A stretch of 63,759 nucleotides of DNA from Candidatus Parcubacteria bacterium (GTDB lineage: Bacteria; Patescibacteriota; Patescibacteriia; Patescibacteriales; UBA12075): positions 1 to 63,759 of the forward strand of contig JAGLYP010000028.1 of the NCBI GenBank assembly GCA_023132155.1, written 5' to 3'. Each line of letters starts with the position of its first letter. Within the stretch, counting starts at the first letter, position 1. Below the pieces are notes generated by a model that was not told the origin of the DNA, did not search any database, and worked only from the letters and a program-made list of their open reading frames with translations. Of the stretch, positions 47,434 through 57,318 are shown piece after piece. The position numbers were made by a program, and so were the translations under genes.

Positions 47434-47589
47434 TGTCATTGCGAGCTGCTAGTTTTTTGTCATTGCGAGCGCTGTTGTAATTGTCATTGCGAGCGCCAGC
47501 GAAGCAATCCCGTGCCACAGAACACCAGGCGTGATAACAATGGACGGTGCAGGAACCGCGGGATTGCTTCGCTGGCGCTCGCAATGACA
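47434..47589. repeat. TGTCAT-tagged doublet (47482-47589) with two truncated heads (47434, 47458)
   Basis: Inverted homolog of 29127-29234 including spacer. Confidence 0.9.
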
Positions 47590-47643
47590 AGCAAAAGGGC
47601 TAACATTAACTATATTTTACGACCTAAACCACCTCTATACAAT

Positions 47644-47671
47644 ACGTCGCATAATGTAGATTAAACGAAGT
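47644..47671. other. dif-like Xer recombination/binding site
   Basis: ACGTCGCATAA-TGTAGA-TTAAACGAAGT, 11-6-11 pseudo-palindrome similar to E. coli dif, upstream of xer gene. Confidence 0.75.
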
Positions 47672-47713
47672 ATTATTAAAAGATATGGCAATTTAGCTAT
47701 TTAAATTTTATCA

Positions 47714-47869
47714 TTATCTTAATTCAATAGGACTAAAATGTATGCCAAAAAAACTAAACTCCCCCGTAAACATAAACAATATTTTAATAAACAGCAAAAA
47801 AAATCCAATTACGGTTAGACAAAAAACAATTATAGCTAAAACAAATACAATTTTAAAAGCAATTTCCAT
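47714..47869 (-). CDS. Small membrane protein (51 aa, not in ORF track)
   Basis: MEIAFKIVFVLAIIVFCLTVIGFFLLFIKILFMFTGEFSFFGIHFSPIELR. Confidence 0.6.
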   Translation of the reverse strand: MEIAFKIVFVLAIIVFCLTVIGFFLLFIKILFMFTGEFSFFGIHFSPIELR

Positions 47870-47932
47870 ATTTTATTATTTTGGCTAACATTAAATAAAA
47901 TAAATATATTTTATTTAATGTTAGCTATTTAA

Positions 47933-48784
47933 CTAACGATAATAAATACTATCTCCGATTCTGACATCTATATATTCTTTAACAAAAAAACTTTCTTTTA
48001 ATTTTTCATTTTTTATAGTTATTACTTTGTTAATTTGTTTTTCAATTTTTTCCCCGGTACTAAAAAATATTTTTGGACCGTTTAATAATTCAACTTTAAC
48101 TGTATTTAATTCTTCATCAATAATAAATTTATTTATTTTAAACTCTTTTTCATAATCCTTAAACACTTGAAATATTTTTAAAATACAGCTAATTTGCTCT
48201 TGTTTAATTTTTGTTCGCTCAATTAAGTTTTCAATAACAGGATAATCTTTTTGGCTCACCTCTATGACATTGTCAATTTCAGAAATTACTTCCGCCCTGT
48301 CTCCGCAATAATAATACCTATCGCCTTCTTTTAGAATTAAAGCATATTTTTTTTCATTAAATTCCACTATAATTTTATCAGGTATTTTTTTAACAATAAG
48401 CAAATTATTAAACACGTACTTATTTTCAAGAGTATTTTTAAATTTATCCTTATTAAATATAAAAATATTTCTTTGCGGGATAACTGCCAAATATGAATCA
48501 TTAATTTGTTTCCATGCCGCTTCTTTAATTGACTCCGGATTAATTCTGCCTCCTCCCCTAACTTCAATTTCTTTAATTGAAAAATAATTTGAATAAAAAA
48601 CAAACCACGCGGTTAAACCGATGAAAAAAAATAAACCCAGTAAAAAAAATTTAGATATTTTTAAAATCCGCGAGTCGCTTGCGTAATGCCTTTTTCGTTT
48701 TTTTGATTTTTGGAAAAAAGGATTTGTGTATTTTTTGCGTTGATAAAAATTTTTATTATTTTTACGTAATTTTTTCAGAAACAT
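47933..48784 (-). CDS. FtsQ/DivIB-like POTRA protein
   Basis: Basic tail, TM, FSIKEIEVRG, KKIPDKIIVEFNE, EYIDVR. Confidence 0.8.
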   Translation of the reverse strand: MFLKKLRKNNKNFYQRKKYTNPFFQKSKKRKRHYASDSRILKISKFFLLGLFFFIGLTAWFVFYSNYFSIKEIEVRGGGRINPESIKEAAWKQINDSYLAVIPQRNIFIFNKDKFKNTLENKYVFNNLLIVKKIPDKIIVEFNEKKYALILKEGDRYYYCGDRAEVISEIDNVIEVSQKDYPVIENLIERTKIKQEQISCILKIFQVFKDYEKEFKINKFIIDEELNTVKVELLNGPKIFFSTGEKIEKQINKVITIKNEKLKESFFVKEYIDVRIGDSIYYR

Positions 48785-49511
48785 AAGCCTGAATTATTAA
48801 TCCGGCCATTTGCGCGTAAACATGGTGTTTGCCAAATTTTTTAATATTATAATTATAGGATTTATTTTTAAAATTTATTTTTATATTTTGGCCGCTTGCT
48901 ATTTTTTTAAAAATATCGGCTTGACAGTCAGAATCGCTTGAAAAACCAAAAGTAATAACTTTTGCTTTAGTATCGCCTTCCAATGACTTAATTCTTAAAT
49001 TATCATTATTTAACAGCAGCAAATTTTTTTTATTAAGCTTTTTAACAAGGCAGACATATTCATTTAATAAACCGTTTAAATCGCTAAAGCCCTCCATATA
49101 ACGCTGTGTTATTTCGGTAATAACGGCAATCTCGGGCTTAATAATTTTTAATAAATATTTCATATCGCCAGGATCGGATGAGCCAAGGCTTAAAACCAAA
49201 AATTTTGGAAAATTAGCTTGAAAAATTTTTTTGAAAGCTGAATAAACTATTGGCAGCCATTTTTTATAACAATTATATCCGCTTGGCAAATTTAAAATTG
49301 CCAGTGGCATTCCGATTTCCGTGTTAAAATTTTTTGGGTTCGCGCGAACGCTAAAATCTTTTTCCAATAATCTGTTTTTTATTTCTTGCTTTACAAAATA
49401 TTTATTAGCGCTTCCGGCAACAACAATAATTATCGGTTTATGAATAAATATGATTAACTTGCTTATATATTTTAAATAATATTTTAATAATATTTTTAAA
49501 AATGTTTTCAT
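48762..49511 (-). CDS. MurF-like ligase central domain only, degenerate P-loop
   Basis: NFNTEIGMPLAIL, PGDMKYL..IIKPEIAVIT, LNNDN; P-loop reads VAGSANKYFVK. Confidence 0.7.
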   Translation of the reverse strand: MKTFLKILLKYYLKYISKLIIFIHKPIIIVVAGSANKYFVKQEIKNRLLEKDFSVRANPKNFNTEIGMPLAILNLPSGYNCYKKWLPIVYSAFKKIFQANFPKFLVLSLGSSDPGDMKYLLKIIKPEIAVITEITQRYMEGFSDLNGLLNEYVCLVKKLNKKNLLLLNNDNLRIKSLEGDTKAKVITFGFSSDSDCQADIFKKIASGQNIKINFKNKSYNYNIKKFGKHHVYAQMAGLIIQAYVSEKIT

Positions 49512-49515
49512 ATTT

Positions 49516-50670
49516 TTAAGCGTTTTTAAAATAATCATCAAATCTGTCAAAGGCCGTATTTATATCTTCTTCGCTTCTGCCAAAACTTAAACGGATATGT
49601 GCTTCTCCGTTGTTGCCAAAAGCAGATCCGGGGACGACGGCAACATGGGTTTTATCCAATAACTCAAGAGAAAAATCCCACGCGTTTTTTATATTAATTT
49701 TTATTTTAGGAAATACATAGTAAGCGCTTTGCGGATAAACATAAGAAAAAATATTTTTGAGATTGTCAAGCCGCGCGCAAATTAAAGCCCGTCTTTTTTT
49801 GTAATTCTTATTGAAATTTTCAACATCGCCCTCCCCCATTTCCAAAGCGCCCATTGCCGCGTACTGTGAGATTACCGGCGCGCAAGTAACTAGCGCGTCG
49901 TGCACTTTAACAATTTCTCTAATAATTTTTTCATCGCTATGCACATAGCCGACTCGCCAGCCGGTCATAGCGTATGCCTTGGAAAAACCGTAAATTCTTA
50001 TCACTTGCTCCCGTAAATCAGGTATTTCCGCCAGAGAAAAAATTTGTTCATTATTGTAAACAAAATCTTTATAAACTTCGTCGGTTATAATAAATAAATT
50101 ATATTTTTTTGCGAGCCCGGCCAATCCCAATTGCTGTTCTTTTGAATAAATTGTTCCGGTTGGGTTGTTGGGGTTGCAAAAAAATATCGCTTTAGTTCTA
50201 TCAGTAATAGCCTTTTCATATTCATTTAGTCCAAACGCCCAGCCTTTTTTTTCATTTAATGGAACAAAAACAGGCTTGCAGCCGGCTAAATAAATTACCT
50301 CGCGATAGCTTGTATAAGTCGGCTCTGGAATAATAATTTCGTCCCCTGGCGCGGTAATCGCTAAAATAGACGCGGTAATTCCCTCAATTGTTCCGGCGGT
50401 AACGATAATTTCTTTTTCCCAATCATAAAACATATTTTCTTTTTCAAGCTGAATTTCAATCAGCTCTCTTAATTCGGGAAGACCCGGTGAAAGCGAATAT
50501 TTGGCCACCACTCCCCGTCTAAGAGCGCGTTCCACTCTTCGCTTAACGCATACAGGGGTGTCAAAGCTCGGCACTCCTTGCGCGAGTGAAATAGCATCCG
50601 GGAATACGCTTGCTTTCAGCTCTATTTGCTTTATAATTGAAAGCCTAAGATTTTTTGTGCGTTCAAACAT
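49516..50670 (-). CDS. Class I/II PLP aminotransferase
   Basis: NPNNPTG, TDEVY, GFSKAYAMTGWRVG, VVPGSAFG. Confidence 0.95.
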   Translation of the reverse strand: MFERTKNLRLSIIKQIELKASVFPDAISLAQGVPSFDTPVCVKRRVERALRRGVVAKYSLSPGLPELRELIEIQLEKENMFYDWEKEIIVTAGTIEGITASILAITAPGDEIIIPEPTYTSYREVIYLAGCKPVFVPLNEKKGWAFGLNEYEKAITDRTKAIFFCNPNNPTGTIYSKEQQLGLAGLAKKYNLFIITDEVYKDFVYNNEQIFSLAEIPDLREQVIRIYGFSKAYAMTGWRVGYVHSDEKIIREIVKVHDALVTCAPVISQYAAMGALEMGEGDVENFNKNYKKRRALICARLDNLKNIFSYVYPQSAYYVFPKIKINIKNAWDFSLELLDKTHVAVVPGSAFGNNGEAHIRLSFGRSEEDINTAFDRFDDYFKNA

Positions 50671-51978
50671 TTATTTTTTAACTATTTTCCCAATATTTCC
50701 AGGCATGTATTTTCTTAATACCTCGGGGATAATTATTGATCCGTCTTTTTGCTGATAATTTTCTATAATGGCTATCAAAATTCGTCCCATAGCAAAGGCC
50801 GTTGCGTCATTCATATGAACAAACTTTTTATCACCTGTCTTGGTTTTGTATTTTATATTTAGCCTTCGCGACTGAAAATCTGTCATATAATCAGAGGTGT
50901 GGGTTTCACGATATTTATTTTGGCCTGGCATCCAGCACTCAATATCTATTTGTCTAAAATCAGGTTTCCCCATGTCGCCCGAGCATACAGCCACGACTTG
51001 ATATGGAATATTGAGCCGTTGCAATAAATATTCTTGGATTGCTACAATCAAATTTTGTTCTAATTGGCCATATTCCGCCTGAACAAATGTTTCCATTTCC
51101 GCTTTGTCAAACTGATGCCGACGCAGAATCCCTGCCATATCCTTGCCGTACGAGCCCGCCTCTCTTCTAAAAGCAGTTGAATAGCCAATATATCTAATGG
51201 GTAAATCTTTTTCTTTAATAATTTCGTTCATATGAATCGGTCCAAGCGTGTGTTCGGCGCTTCCTATAAGCAGAACTTCGTCTTGTTCAAGATAGTATCT
51301 ATCTCCCAATGGATCAAAACGATCCATTTTTTTCATTACCTCGGATTTTACCATTACCGGAAGAAGTACTGGCGTAAAAGGCTTGTCAAAGGGGTTGCCA
51401 ACCTTGTCCGCGAGTTGTTTTATTATTTTTCTGTCAGTTAGAGCCGCCATTATAAACTGAATTAAAGCAAATTGCAGCAGCACAGCTTCGCCGAAAAGAT
51501 AGTTGAACCGTGAACCGGAAATATTCGCGGATTTCTCAGTATCAATTATTCCATGTATCATTCCCAGCTCCATATGATCTTTTGGCTTAAAATCAAATTC
51601 TGTCGGTTCGCCAAATTTTCTGATTACTTTGTTTTCTGATTCATCCTTCCCTATCGGGGTATCATCGGAAATAACATTTGGTACTTGAATAATCAGATCG
51701 TTAAAATTAATTTTAATATTTTTTAGCTTTGCTTCAAGAGCGGCAGTTTCTTCTTTAATTTTTTTTCCTTTTTTGATTTGCTTATCAGTTGGCCGGCCGC
51801 CTTTGGCTGATTTAGCCAATTCATTACGTTTCGCGCGCAGCTCATCAAGCTTTGTCTGTGCTCCCCTCTTTTCATTATTAATTTTTAATAGCAAATCAAT
51901 ATCAATGTCAATATTCTTATTTTTCGCCGCCTCTTTAATTTTTTTCTTGTTTTTTTGAATGTATTTTATGTCTAGCAT
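50671..51978 (-). CDS. serS: Serine-tRNA ligase
   Basis: MLDIKYI, GSAE, FRREAGSYGKD, R.HQF.K.E, DFQSRRL, ENYQ. Confidence 0.97.
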   Translation of the reverse strand: MLDIKYIQKNKKKIKEAAKNKNIDIDIDLLLKINNEKRGAQTKLDELRAKRNELAKSAKGGRPTDKQIKKGKKIKEETAALEAKLKNIKINFNDLIIQVPNVISDDTPIGKDESENKVIRKFGEPTEFDFKPKDHMELGMIHGIIDTEKSANISGSRFNYLFGEAVLLQFALIQFIMAALTDRKIIKQLADKVGNPFDKPFTPVLLPVMVKSEVMKKMDRFDPLGDRYYLEQDEVLLIGSAEHTLGPIHMNEIIKEKDLPIRYIGYSTAFRREAGSYGKDMAGILRRHQFDKAEMETFVQAEYGQLEQNLIVAIQEYLLQRLNIPYQVVAVCSGDMGKPDFRQIDIECWMPGQNKYRETHTSDYMTDFQSRRLNIKYKTKTGDKKFVHMNDATAFAMGRILIAIIENYQQKDGSIIIPEVLRKYMPGNIGKIVKK

Positions 51979-51999
51979 ATTTTTCTATAAAATTAAAAA

Positions 52000-52611
52000 T
52001 TATATATTTTCATACTCTTTTTCCCATTTTATACCATTTTTTATATAAGATATTTTCATTTCTTTTTGCAAAGAAACATATAAATTTTTAAGCTCAGGTG
52101 TTTCTTTCAAATATACATTTGCGTAAGTGGCAATATAGCTCGCGTAGCATTTCGCCGGTTTGCCTTTTTCAAAAAAAGTCATTAGGCCTTCAATCTTATC
52201 AAGACTTGCCACTATTTTTGCTTCTTTGGTTTTTCGCGCGGCATATTCTTCCCATAATAATTCAATTTCTGTGCCAATTTTTTTCGGAGCAATTTTTATA
52301 ATTTTTTTCATTGCAGGTTTTTCATTTTTTAGCTTTTCTTCATCTGAAATATTTTTCTTCACTCTATCGGCACGTGTTATATCCTTAGCTATAATTTCAA
52401 CTATATCATGAACAAGGGCAATCTTAATGGCTTTGAAAATATTTATTTTTATTTTATAAAATTCAGCGCTTAAAATCACCATCATTGCCAGCCGCCAACT
52501 ATGATCCGCGGAGTTATCACCTTTCATATTTTTAACACCTAAAAATCTTTTCTCTTCTTTTAATTTATTTAAAAATTTTATAAATTCATAAAATTTAAGA
52601 TTTTCGTCCAT
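52000..52611 (-). CDS. HD-domain hydrolase (HDDC2/YfbR-like nucleotidase)
   Basis: SADHSWRLA, ALVHDIVE, LWEEY..EAK..LDK. Confidence 0.85.
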   Translation of the reverse strand: MDENLKFYEFIKFLNKLKEEKRFLGVKNMKGDNSADHSWRLAMMVILSAEFYKIKINIFKAIKIALVHDIVEIIAKDITRADRVKKNISDEEKLKNEKPAMKKIIKIAPKKIGTEIELLWEEYAARKTKEAKIVASLDKIEGLMTFFEKGKPAKCYASYIATYANVYLKETPELKNLYVSLQKEMKISYIKNGIKWEKEYENI

Positions 52612-52618
52612 TTTAATT

Positions 52619-53044
52619 TTATTTAATCTTATTTAAATCGTTATTTATAATAATTGGTTTCATAGCTATTATTTCATCTTTATAGCTAATTTCCGGAATA
52701 TCATTAAGCAGATAAATTTTTTTATCGTTGACATAGGCAAAAGCAATTTCCATTAATGTATTACCACCGATGTAATTATTTATTTCATTTTTTTTTAAAT
52801 TAACTACCAAAATAGCATCACTGCTAACAATAGCCCGGTAATACCACATAATGTAATCATTCTCAATTTTAAGCTGAGCATGCTCGCCCTTATTAATTCT
52901 TTCCATTATGTTTTTTCTATCCCCCTTCACAGATTCAATATAATGAGGATGTATAATTGGTTTATGCCCTAATTTAATTAATTTATCCATTATTTCCACT
53001 TTTTTTTGTCGAAAAGCGCTGCTGCCGCTTAAAGTTATTTTCAT
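52619..53044 (-). CDS. Nucleoside 2-deoxyribosyltransferase-like protein
   Basis: MKITLSGS, SDAILVVN, YIG.NT.MEIAFA...K.IY. Confidence 0.7.
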   Translation of the reverse strand: MKITLSGSSAFRQKKVEIMDKLIKLGHKPIIHPHYIESVKGDRKNIMERINKGEHAQLKIENDYIMWYYRAIVSSDAILVVNLKKNEINNYIGGNTLMEIAFAYVNDKKIYLLNDIPEISYKDEIIAMKPIIINNDLNKIK

Positions 53045-53056
53045 AAATTTGGTATG

Positions 53057-53449
53057 TTAGATTATTTTTAATTTCTTAAACCAATACCCCCAAACTTTTT
53101 CTAACTTTAAATTTTTTAATTCTTGTAATTTCACCCACTTCATTTCTTTTGCTTCACGGCTTGACCTTACTTCTCCTTGCCATTTTAAAATTTCAAAAAC
53201 ATGCCAATCGTGTCCTCTTACTCCCTTAGAACATTCATTCCATTCAACAAATTCATGAAATATTTTTTTATACTCTAATATTATTAATCCAGTTTCTTCC
53301 TCAACCTCTCTTATTAGCCCTTCCTCCGGAGTTTCACCTTTTTTAATATGTCCGGCAGGACACGCCCAGCCCGGCGGAAATTGCGCCCGATCCTGCATTA
53401 AAATTTCTCCGTTTTTATTTTTAATAATGGCACCTGCTGATTTGTGCAT
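53057..53449 (-). CDS. NUDIX hydrolase
   Basis: Nudix box AGHIKKGETPEEGLIREVEEETGL. Confidence 0.92.
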   Translation of the reverse strand: MHKSAGAIIKNKNGEILMQDRAQFPPGWACPAGHIKKGETPEEGLIREVEEETGLIILEYKKIFHEFVEWNECSKGVRGHDWHVFEILKWQGEVRSSREAKEMKWVKLQELKNLKLEKVWGYWFKKLKII

Positions 53450-53547
53450 ATTTATTAATCTTTTCAATATAAAAATTCGGAAAAATATTTTCCGTATATT
53501 TATACTTTAAGCTATTTTTGCTTAAAAGTCAAAAAGTAAAAATTAAA

Positions 53548-53578
53548 AAATAGCCCGAAATAAAAATTCGGGCTATTT
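53548..53578 (-). terminator. Intrinsic terminator
   Basis: AAATAGCCCGAA / TTCGGGCTATTT with A tract on the left. Confidence 0.75.
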
Positions 53579-53597
53579 CCAAAGTTTAACGGCAGTA

Positions 53598-56051
53598 TTA
53601 TAAAATATCCTTAAATTGCTGCTTAACAGTATTTTTAACGCTTTCGTCTTGTAATACATTGAGCAATGACTGAACTGCCATTTTCGCGTTTTCAGTTTCG
53701 CCGATTTTTTGATACAAAACAGCAAGGCTGTAAAGGGCGTTAGCATGATTAGGATTATTTTTAATAATACTTAAAAATAATTGCTCTGCTGAAACTATAT
53801 CTCCGTTTTTACCAACTGTATTTCCTGCGGTACGGGTTGGTTTTACGCTTAGCTGTTCCGCTGAAGAGGATGCGTTTTCAGGATTGATATCATTTTCGGT
53901 TATTTGTTCAGGAACGGTTTGGCTTAAATTTGGCTGAACAACTCCCCTGTTAAAATAGAGGCGGCCTAATTCAAAACGATAATCAAGATTATTTCGGGAA
54001 GCTAAATTAGCCTGCTTAAGATTCTCAATGGCATTATCAATATCAGTCATTTTTTCATAAGCGATTGCTTTGCCATAATACGCGGCCGCTAAATCACCTT
54101 TTTTCTTAATTGCTTCATCATATTTTTTGATTGCTTCGCCGATAAAATATTTTTTTTCTTCTTCATCCGCCTCGGCATTTGCTCTTGCCATATTAATTAA
54201 AGCGATTCGCAAATACGGCGTTGGATTTTTAGGATCAAGCTCAATAACCTTTTGATATGATTGCTCTGATAATGTTAAGGCATCCCTGGTAAAAAAAGAT
54301 GTGTTTTCATAGATTAACGCTAAAGATTCATTATTTGCCGCTTTATTTTTTGCTAAATCAACCGCTTTTTTGCCCTGTTCAATCGCTCTGCTCAGATTAG
54401 CGCTTACCTCGGGCTGATTACTTCCGCTAAGAGCAAGTTGATTGGCCTTTGCCATATACGCGTTAGCCGCGTTTATATAATAGCTGTCTCTGTAAGGCGA
54501 CAGGCTTACGGCTTTGTTTAATTTTTCAATTTTTTTATCAATATTCCCGGATTCCATTGCTTCTTTGGCATAAACATCAGCAAGGTACATTTTAAGCCCC
54601 ATAGTAAAAAGAATTACCACGCCGGCGCTTACTGTTAAAAATATAGCAGACAATGCCAAGGCGTATTTTGGGGAAGCTCTAAATGATAATTTTAAATCTT
54701 TGAATTTTTCAGGATACATTACCATGGCCGATGATACGGCAAAAATTGAAATTAATACTGTTAATAGGATTAATGAATTGTTTTGCGCGAACAATAAACT
54801 AAAAAGAATTGCTGAAACAAAACTCGCGAAAAGCGCCAAAAGAATTGATGCAATTTCTTTATCTTTTGTTTTTATTATAGATAAAAAGATAATTGACAAT
54901 GAAGTAAGGGCTAAGATTATAATTGACAAAAGGCCAAGCGGACCGACAGTGGCTAAAAATTCAAATAAGGACCCGGAAGAACTGTCAAAACGGACATTCC
55001 AGAGCGGAGATGAATTGAAATCACCGCTTTTAAACTTGGAAAAACTGTAATAAAAAGTTGAAGGTCCGGAACCGAATATTGGATTTTCTTTTAAGCTGGC
55101 TTTGGCGATATTCCAGGAAGCCTCCCGGGAAAGACTGACTTCCGCCGGCAAATTCATGGAGGCAAAATTAAAATTTCCTAAAACCAATAATGTTATCAAA
55201 ACCAAGAACACTCCCAAGGGAATTAATAAATTATTGTTGCTGATTTTAATTATTTTTGCCAAATAAAACATTAAAACTATAGCCGCTCCGACAATCGCAA
55301 TCGGCCAAAATGTAAAACCGCTTAAAAGAAATAAAATGATAAAGGCGCCGATTGCCACTAGGCCTAAAATGGATTTTACAATAATTATCAGGCTTGAATT
55401 GGCTTTTGATAGAATTTCTCTGGTTTGGGCCAAGGCAACCGAAATAAGCGGCAAAGAAATAACTAAAAACATTGTAAGAGCCGAAAGGGAGCCCAAAGGA
55501 TTAAAGCCGGCATTTTTCGCGAAAGGAAAAGGAAGAATATACCAGCCTTTAAACTGAAGCAAAACATATATTGTTAAAACGCTGATAGAAGAAATAAAAA
55601 TCCAAAAAAATATTTTTATTTTTTTGGCATTAAGGTTGTTAACCACCAAATAATAAAATAAAATAAAAACTATTAAGGCAATAAGGCTTTTTGACGAACT
55701 TCCATAAGAACCGATTAAGCTGTCAACGCTGTTGACTGAAAGAATGGTTGATAAAATAAAAACTGCCAATGTTAATATTATCGGGATATCCAAGGGCGTC
55801 CGCTTTAAATTAAGCTCGCCGCAAATAACTCCCTTGGTGACCCACGCGACTATTCCGATTAAAACCAAAAAATAAAACAAAATCATTTTTTCAAAGCCTA
55901 AGCCTTGGGCGATAAAACCGGTAAAAAATAACGGAGTAAGGAAAAATATCAACCCGATAACCAGCGAAATGATAATATCCAACCCGCGAGTTGAAAAATG
56001 CTTTTCTTTTTTATTCTCTTTGGCTAAATTTTTAATTTTTTTTTCTTCCAT
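53598..56051 (-). CDS. O-antigen ligase-like membrane protein with C-terminal TPR repeats
   Basis: About 13 TM, RTPLD, NPIFGSGPSTF, TPR helices. Confidence 0.75.
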   Translation of the reverse strand: MEEKKIKNLAKENKKEKHFSTRGLDIIISLVIGLIFFLTPLFFTGFIAQGLGFEKMILFYFLVLIGIVAWVTKGVICGELNLKRTPLDIPIILTLAVFILSTILSVNSVDSLIGSYGSSSKSLIALIVFILFYYLVVNNLNAKKIKIFFWIFISSISVLTIYVLLQFKGWYILPFPFAKNAGFNPLGSLSALTMFLVISLPLISVALAQTREILSKANSSLIIIVKSILGLVAIGAFIILFLLSGFTFWPIAIVGAAIVLMFYLAKIIKISNNNLLIPLGVFLVLITLLVLGNFNFASMNLPAEVSLSREASWNIAKASLKENPIFGSGPSTFYYSFSKFKSGDFNSSPLWNVRFDSSSGSLFEFLATVGPLGLLSIIILALTSLSIIFLSIIKTKDKEIASILLALFASFVSAILFSLLFAQNNSLILLTVLISIFAVSSAMVMYPEKFKDLKLSFRASPKYALALSAIFLTVSAGVVILFTMGLKMYLADVYAKEAMESGNIDKKIEKLNKAVSLSPYRDSYYINAANAYMAKANQLALSGSNQPEVSANLSRAIEQGKKAVDLAKNKAANNESLALIYENTSFFTRDALTLSEQSYQKVIELDPKNPTPYLRIALINMARANAEADEEEKKYFIGEAIKKYDEAIKKKGDLAAAYYGKAIAYEKMTDIDNAIENLKQANLASRNNLDYRFELGRLYFNRGVVQPNLSQTVPEQITENDINPENASSSAEQLSVKPTRTAGNTVGKNGDIVSAEQLFLSIIKNNPNHANALYSLAVLYQKIGETENAKMAVQSLLNVLQDESVKNTVKQQFKDIL

Positions 56052-56129
56052 AATTTTTATTGGTTAAAAATAAATATTAATTAATTTTTACAAAGCTGAT
56101 TATATATTAGCAAAAAGGCAGAAAAAAGT

Positions 56130-57305
56130 CTAATTATTTTTGTTAATATCTTCGAAAAAATTCAGATACTTTGCCGCGCATTTATCCCATGAATATTCTT
56201 TTTTAATATTAGCGAATTTTTTTAAAAAAATATTATTATCAATTTTATCCAAACAGTATAATTCAATCGTTTTGGCAATTGAGGAAATATCATACGGGTT
56301 AATTAAAGTTGAGTAATCCCCAACAATCTCGCTTAAACTGGAATTATTTGCCGCAATTACCGGACAGCCGCAAGCCAAAGCCTCAAGCGGCGGAAAACCA
56401 AAACCTTCGTAATAAGAAGGGAAAATAAAAAGCGAAGCCAGATTATATAAATATTTTTTATCATTTTTATCAATATATCCGATAAATTTAATATTATTTT
56501 TTTCTAAAGAATTTTTCCAGGTTTTAAAAATATTTTTATTTTTCCATCCGCTCCCGCCGGCGATTACAAGTTTATAATCCGCGGCTTGAGGATTTTTTTC
56601 TAAAAATATTCCAAAAGCCTTGATTATATTTTCAATATTTTTTCTTGGTTCAATTGTCCCCAAATATAAAATAAATTTTTTCGGCAAATTATATTTTTGC
56701 TTAAAATTATAATCGTTTTTGATTAAATTTAATTCTTGTTTGCTGATTTTTCGCATATCATTTTCAATCCCGGAGTAAATTACTTGTATTTTATTTTCCG
56801 AAATGTCAAATAATTCCATTAAATCGTTTTTGGTATTTTTACTTATAGCGATTATTTTATCGTATTTTCGCAAGGTTTTTTTAATATTTATCATTTTATG
56901 CCACAAATTTCTTCTTAAAGAAAAAAATTCAGGATATCTTACAAAAGACAAATCATGGATGGTTATTATTTTTTTTGGGGCATTGGTGTAATTAAAAAAA
57001 TTTAAATTCGGAGAAAAAAATAAGTCAACTCCGCCTAAAATTTTATCCACTTTAGGAAATTTGAATAAATTTTGCATTATATGCTTAAAAAATTTGTTTG
57101 GATAGCGAGTTTGCGCGACTTTTACGTTTGGATATTCAGAAATATCAATTTTTAAATTCTTTGAAGGCGCGAATGAATTAAAATATAAAAAATATTCATT
57201 CTTTTTATCTTTTACGATAATTTTTTTAATAAGATTATAGCTATACTCGGAAACTCCGCTAAAATACGCATCCATTAAAGTTGAGATATCAATTCCAATT
57301 TTCAT
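56130..57305 (-). CDS. GT4 glycosyltransferase (MtfB-like)
   Basis: TIHDL, GTIEPRKN, PSYYEGFGFPPLEA. Confidence 0.92.
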   Translation of the reverse strand: MKIGIDISTLMDAYFSGVSEYSYNLIKKIIVKDKKNEYFLYFNSFAPSKNLKIDISEYPNVKVAQTRYPNKFFKHIMQNLFKFPKVDKILGGVDLFFSPNLNFFNYTNAPKKIITIHDLSFVRYPEFFSLRRNLWHKMINIKKTLRKYDKIIAISKNTKNDLMELFDISENKIQVIYSGIENDMRKISKQELNLIKNDYNFKQKYNLPKKFILYLGTIEPRKNIENIIKAFGIFLEKNPQAADYKLVIAGGSGWKNKNIFKTWKNSLEKNNIKFIGYIDKNDKKYLYNLASLFIFPSYYEGFGFPPLEALACGCPVIAANNSSLSEIVGDYSTLINPYDISSIAKTIELYCLDKIDNNIFLKKFANIKKEYSWDKCAAKYLNFFEDINKNN

Positions 57306-57318
57306 AAAATATATTTTT

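Noticed and set aside
47434..47500. Possible mini-CRISPR array (also 4586-4714, 17216-17379)
   Set aside because: Repeats and spacers too short and irregular, no cas genes; explained as REP heads or operator-like triplets.
47392..47664. 90-aa ORF with CHCE repeats, and 66-aa ORF 28989-29189
   Set aside because: Translations of TGTCATTGCGAG repeats, not proteins.
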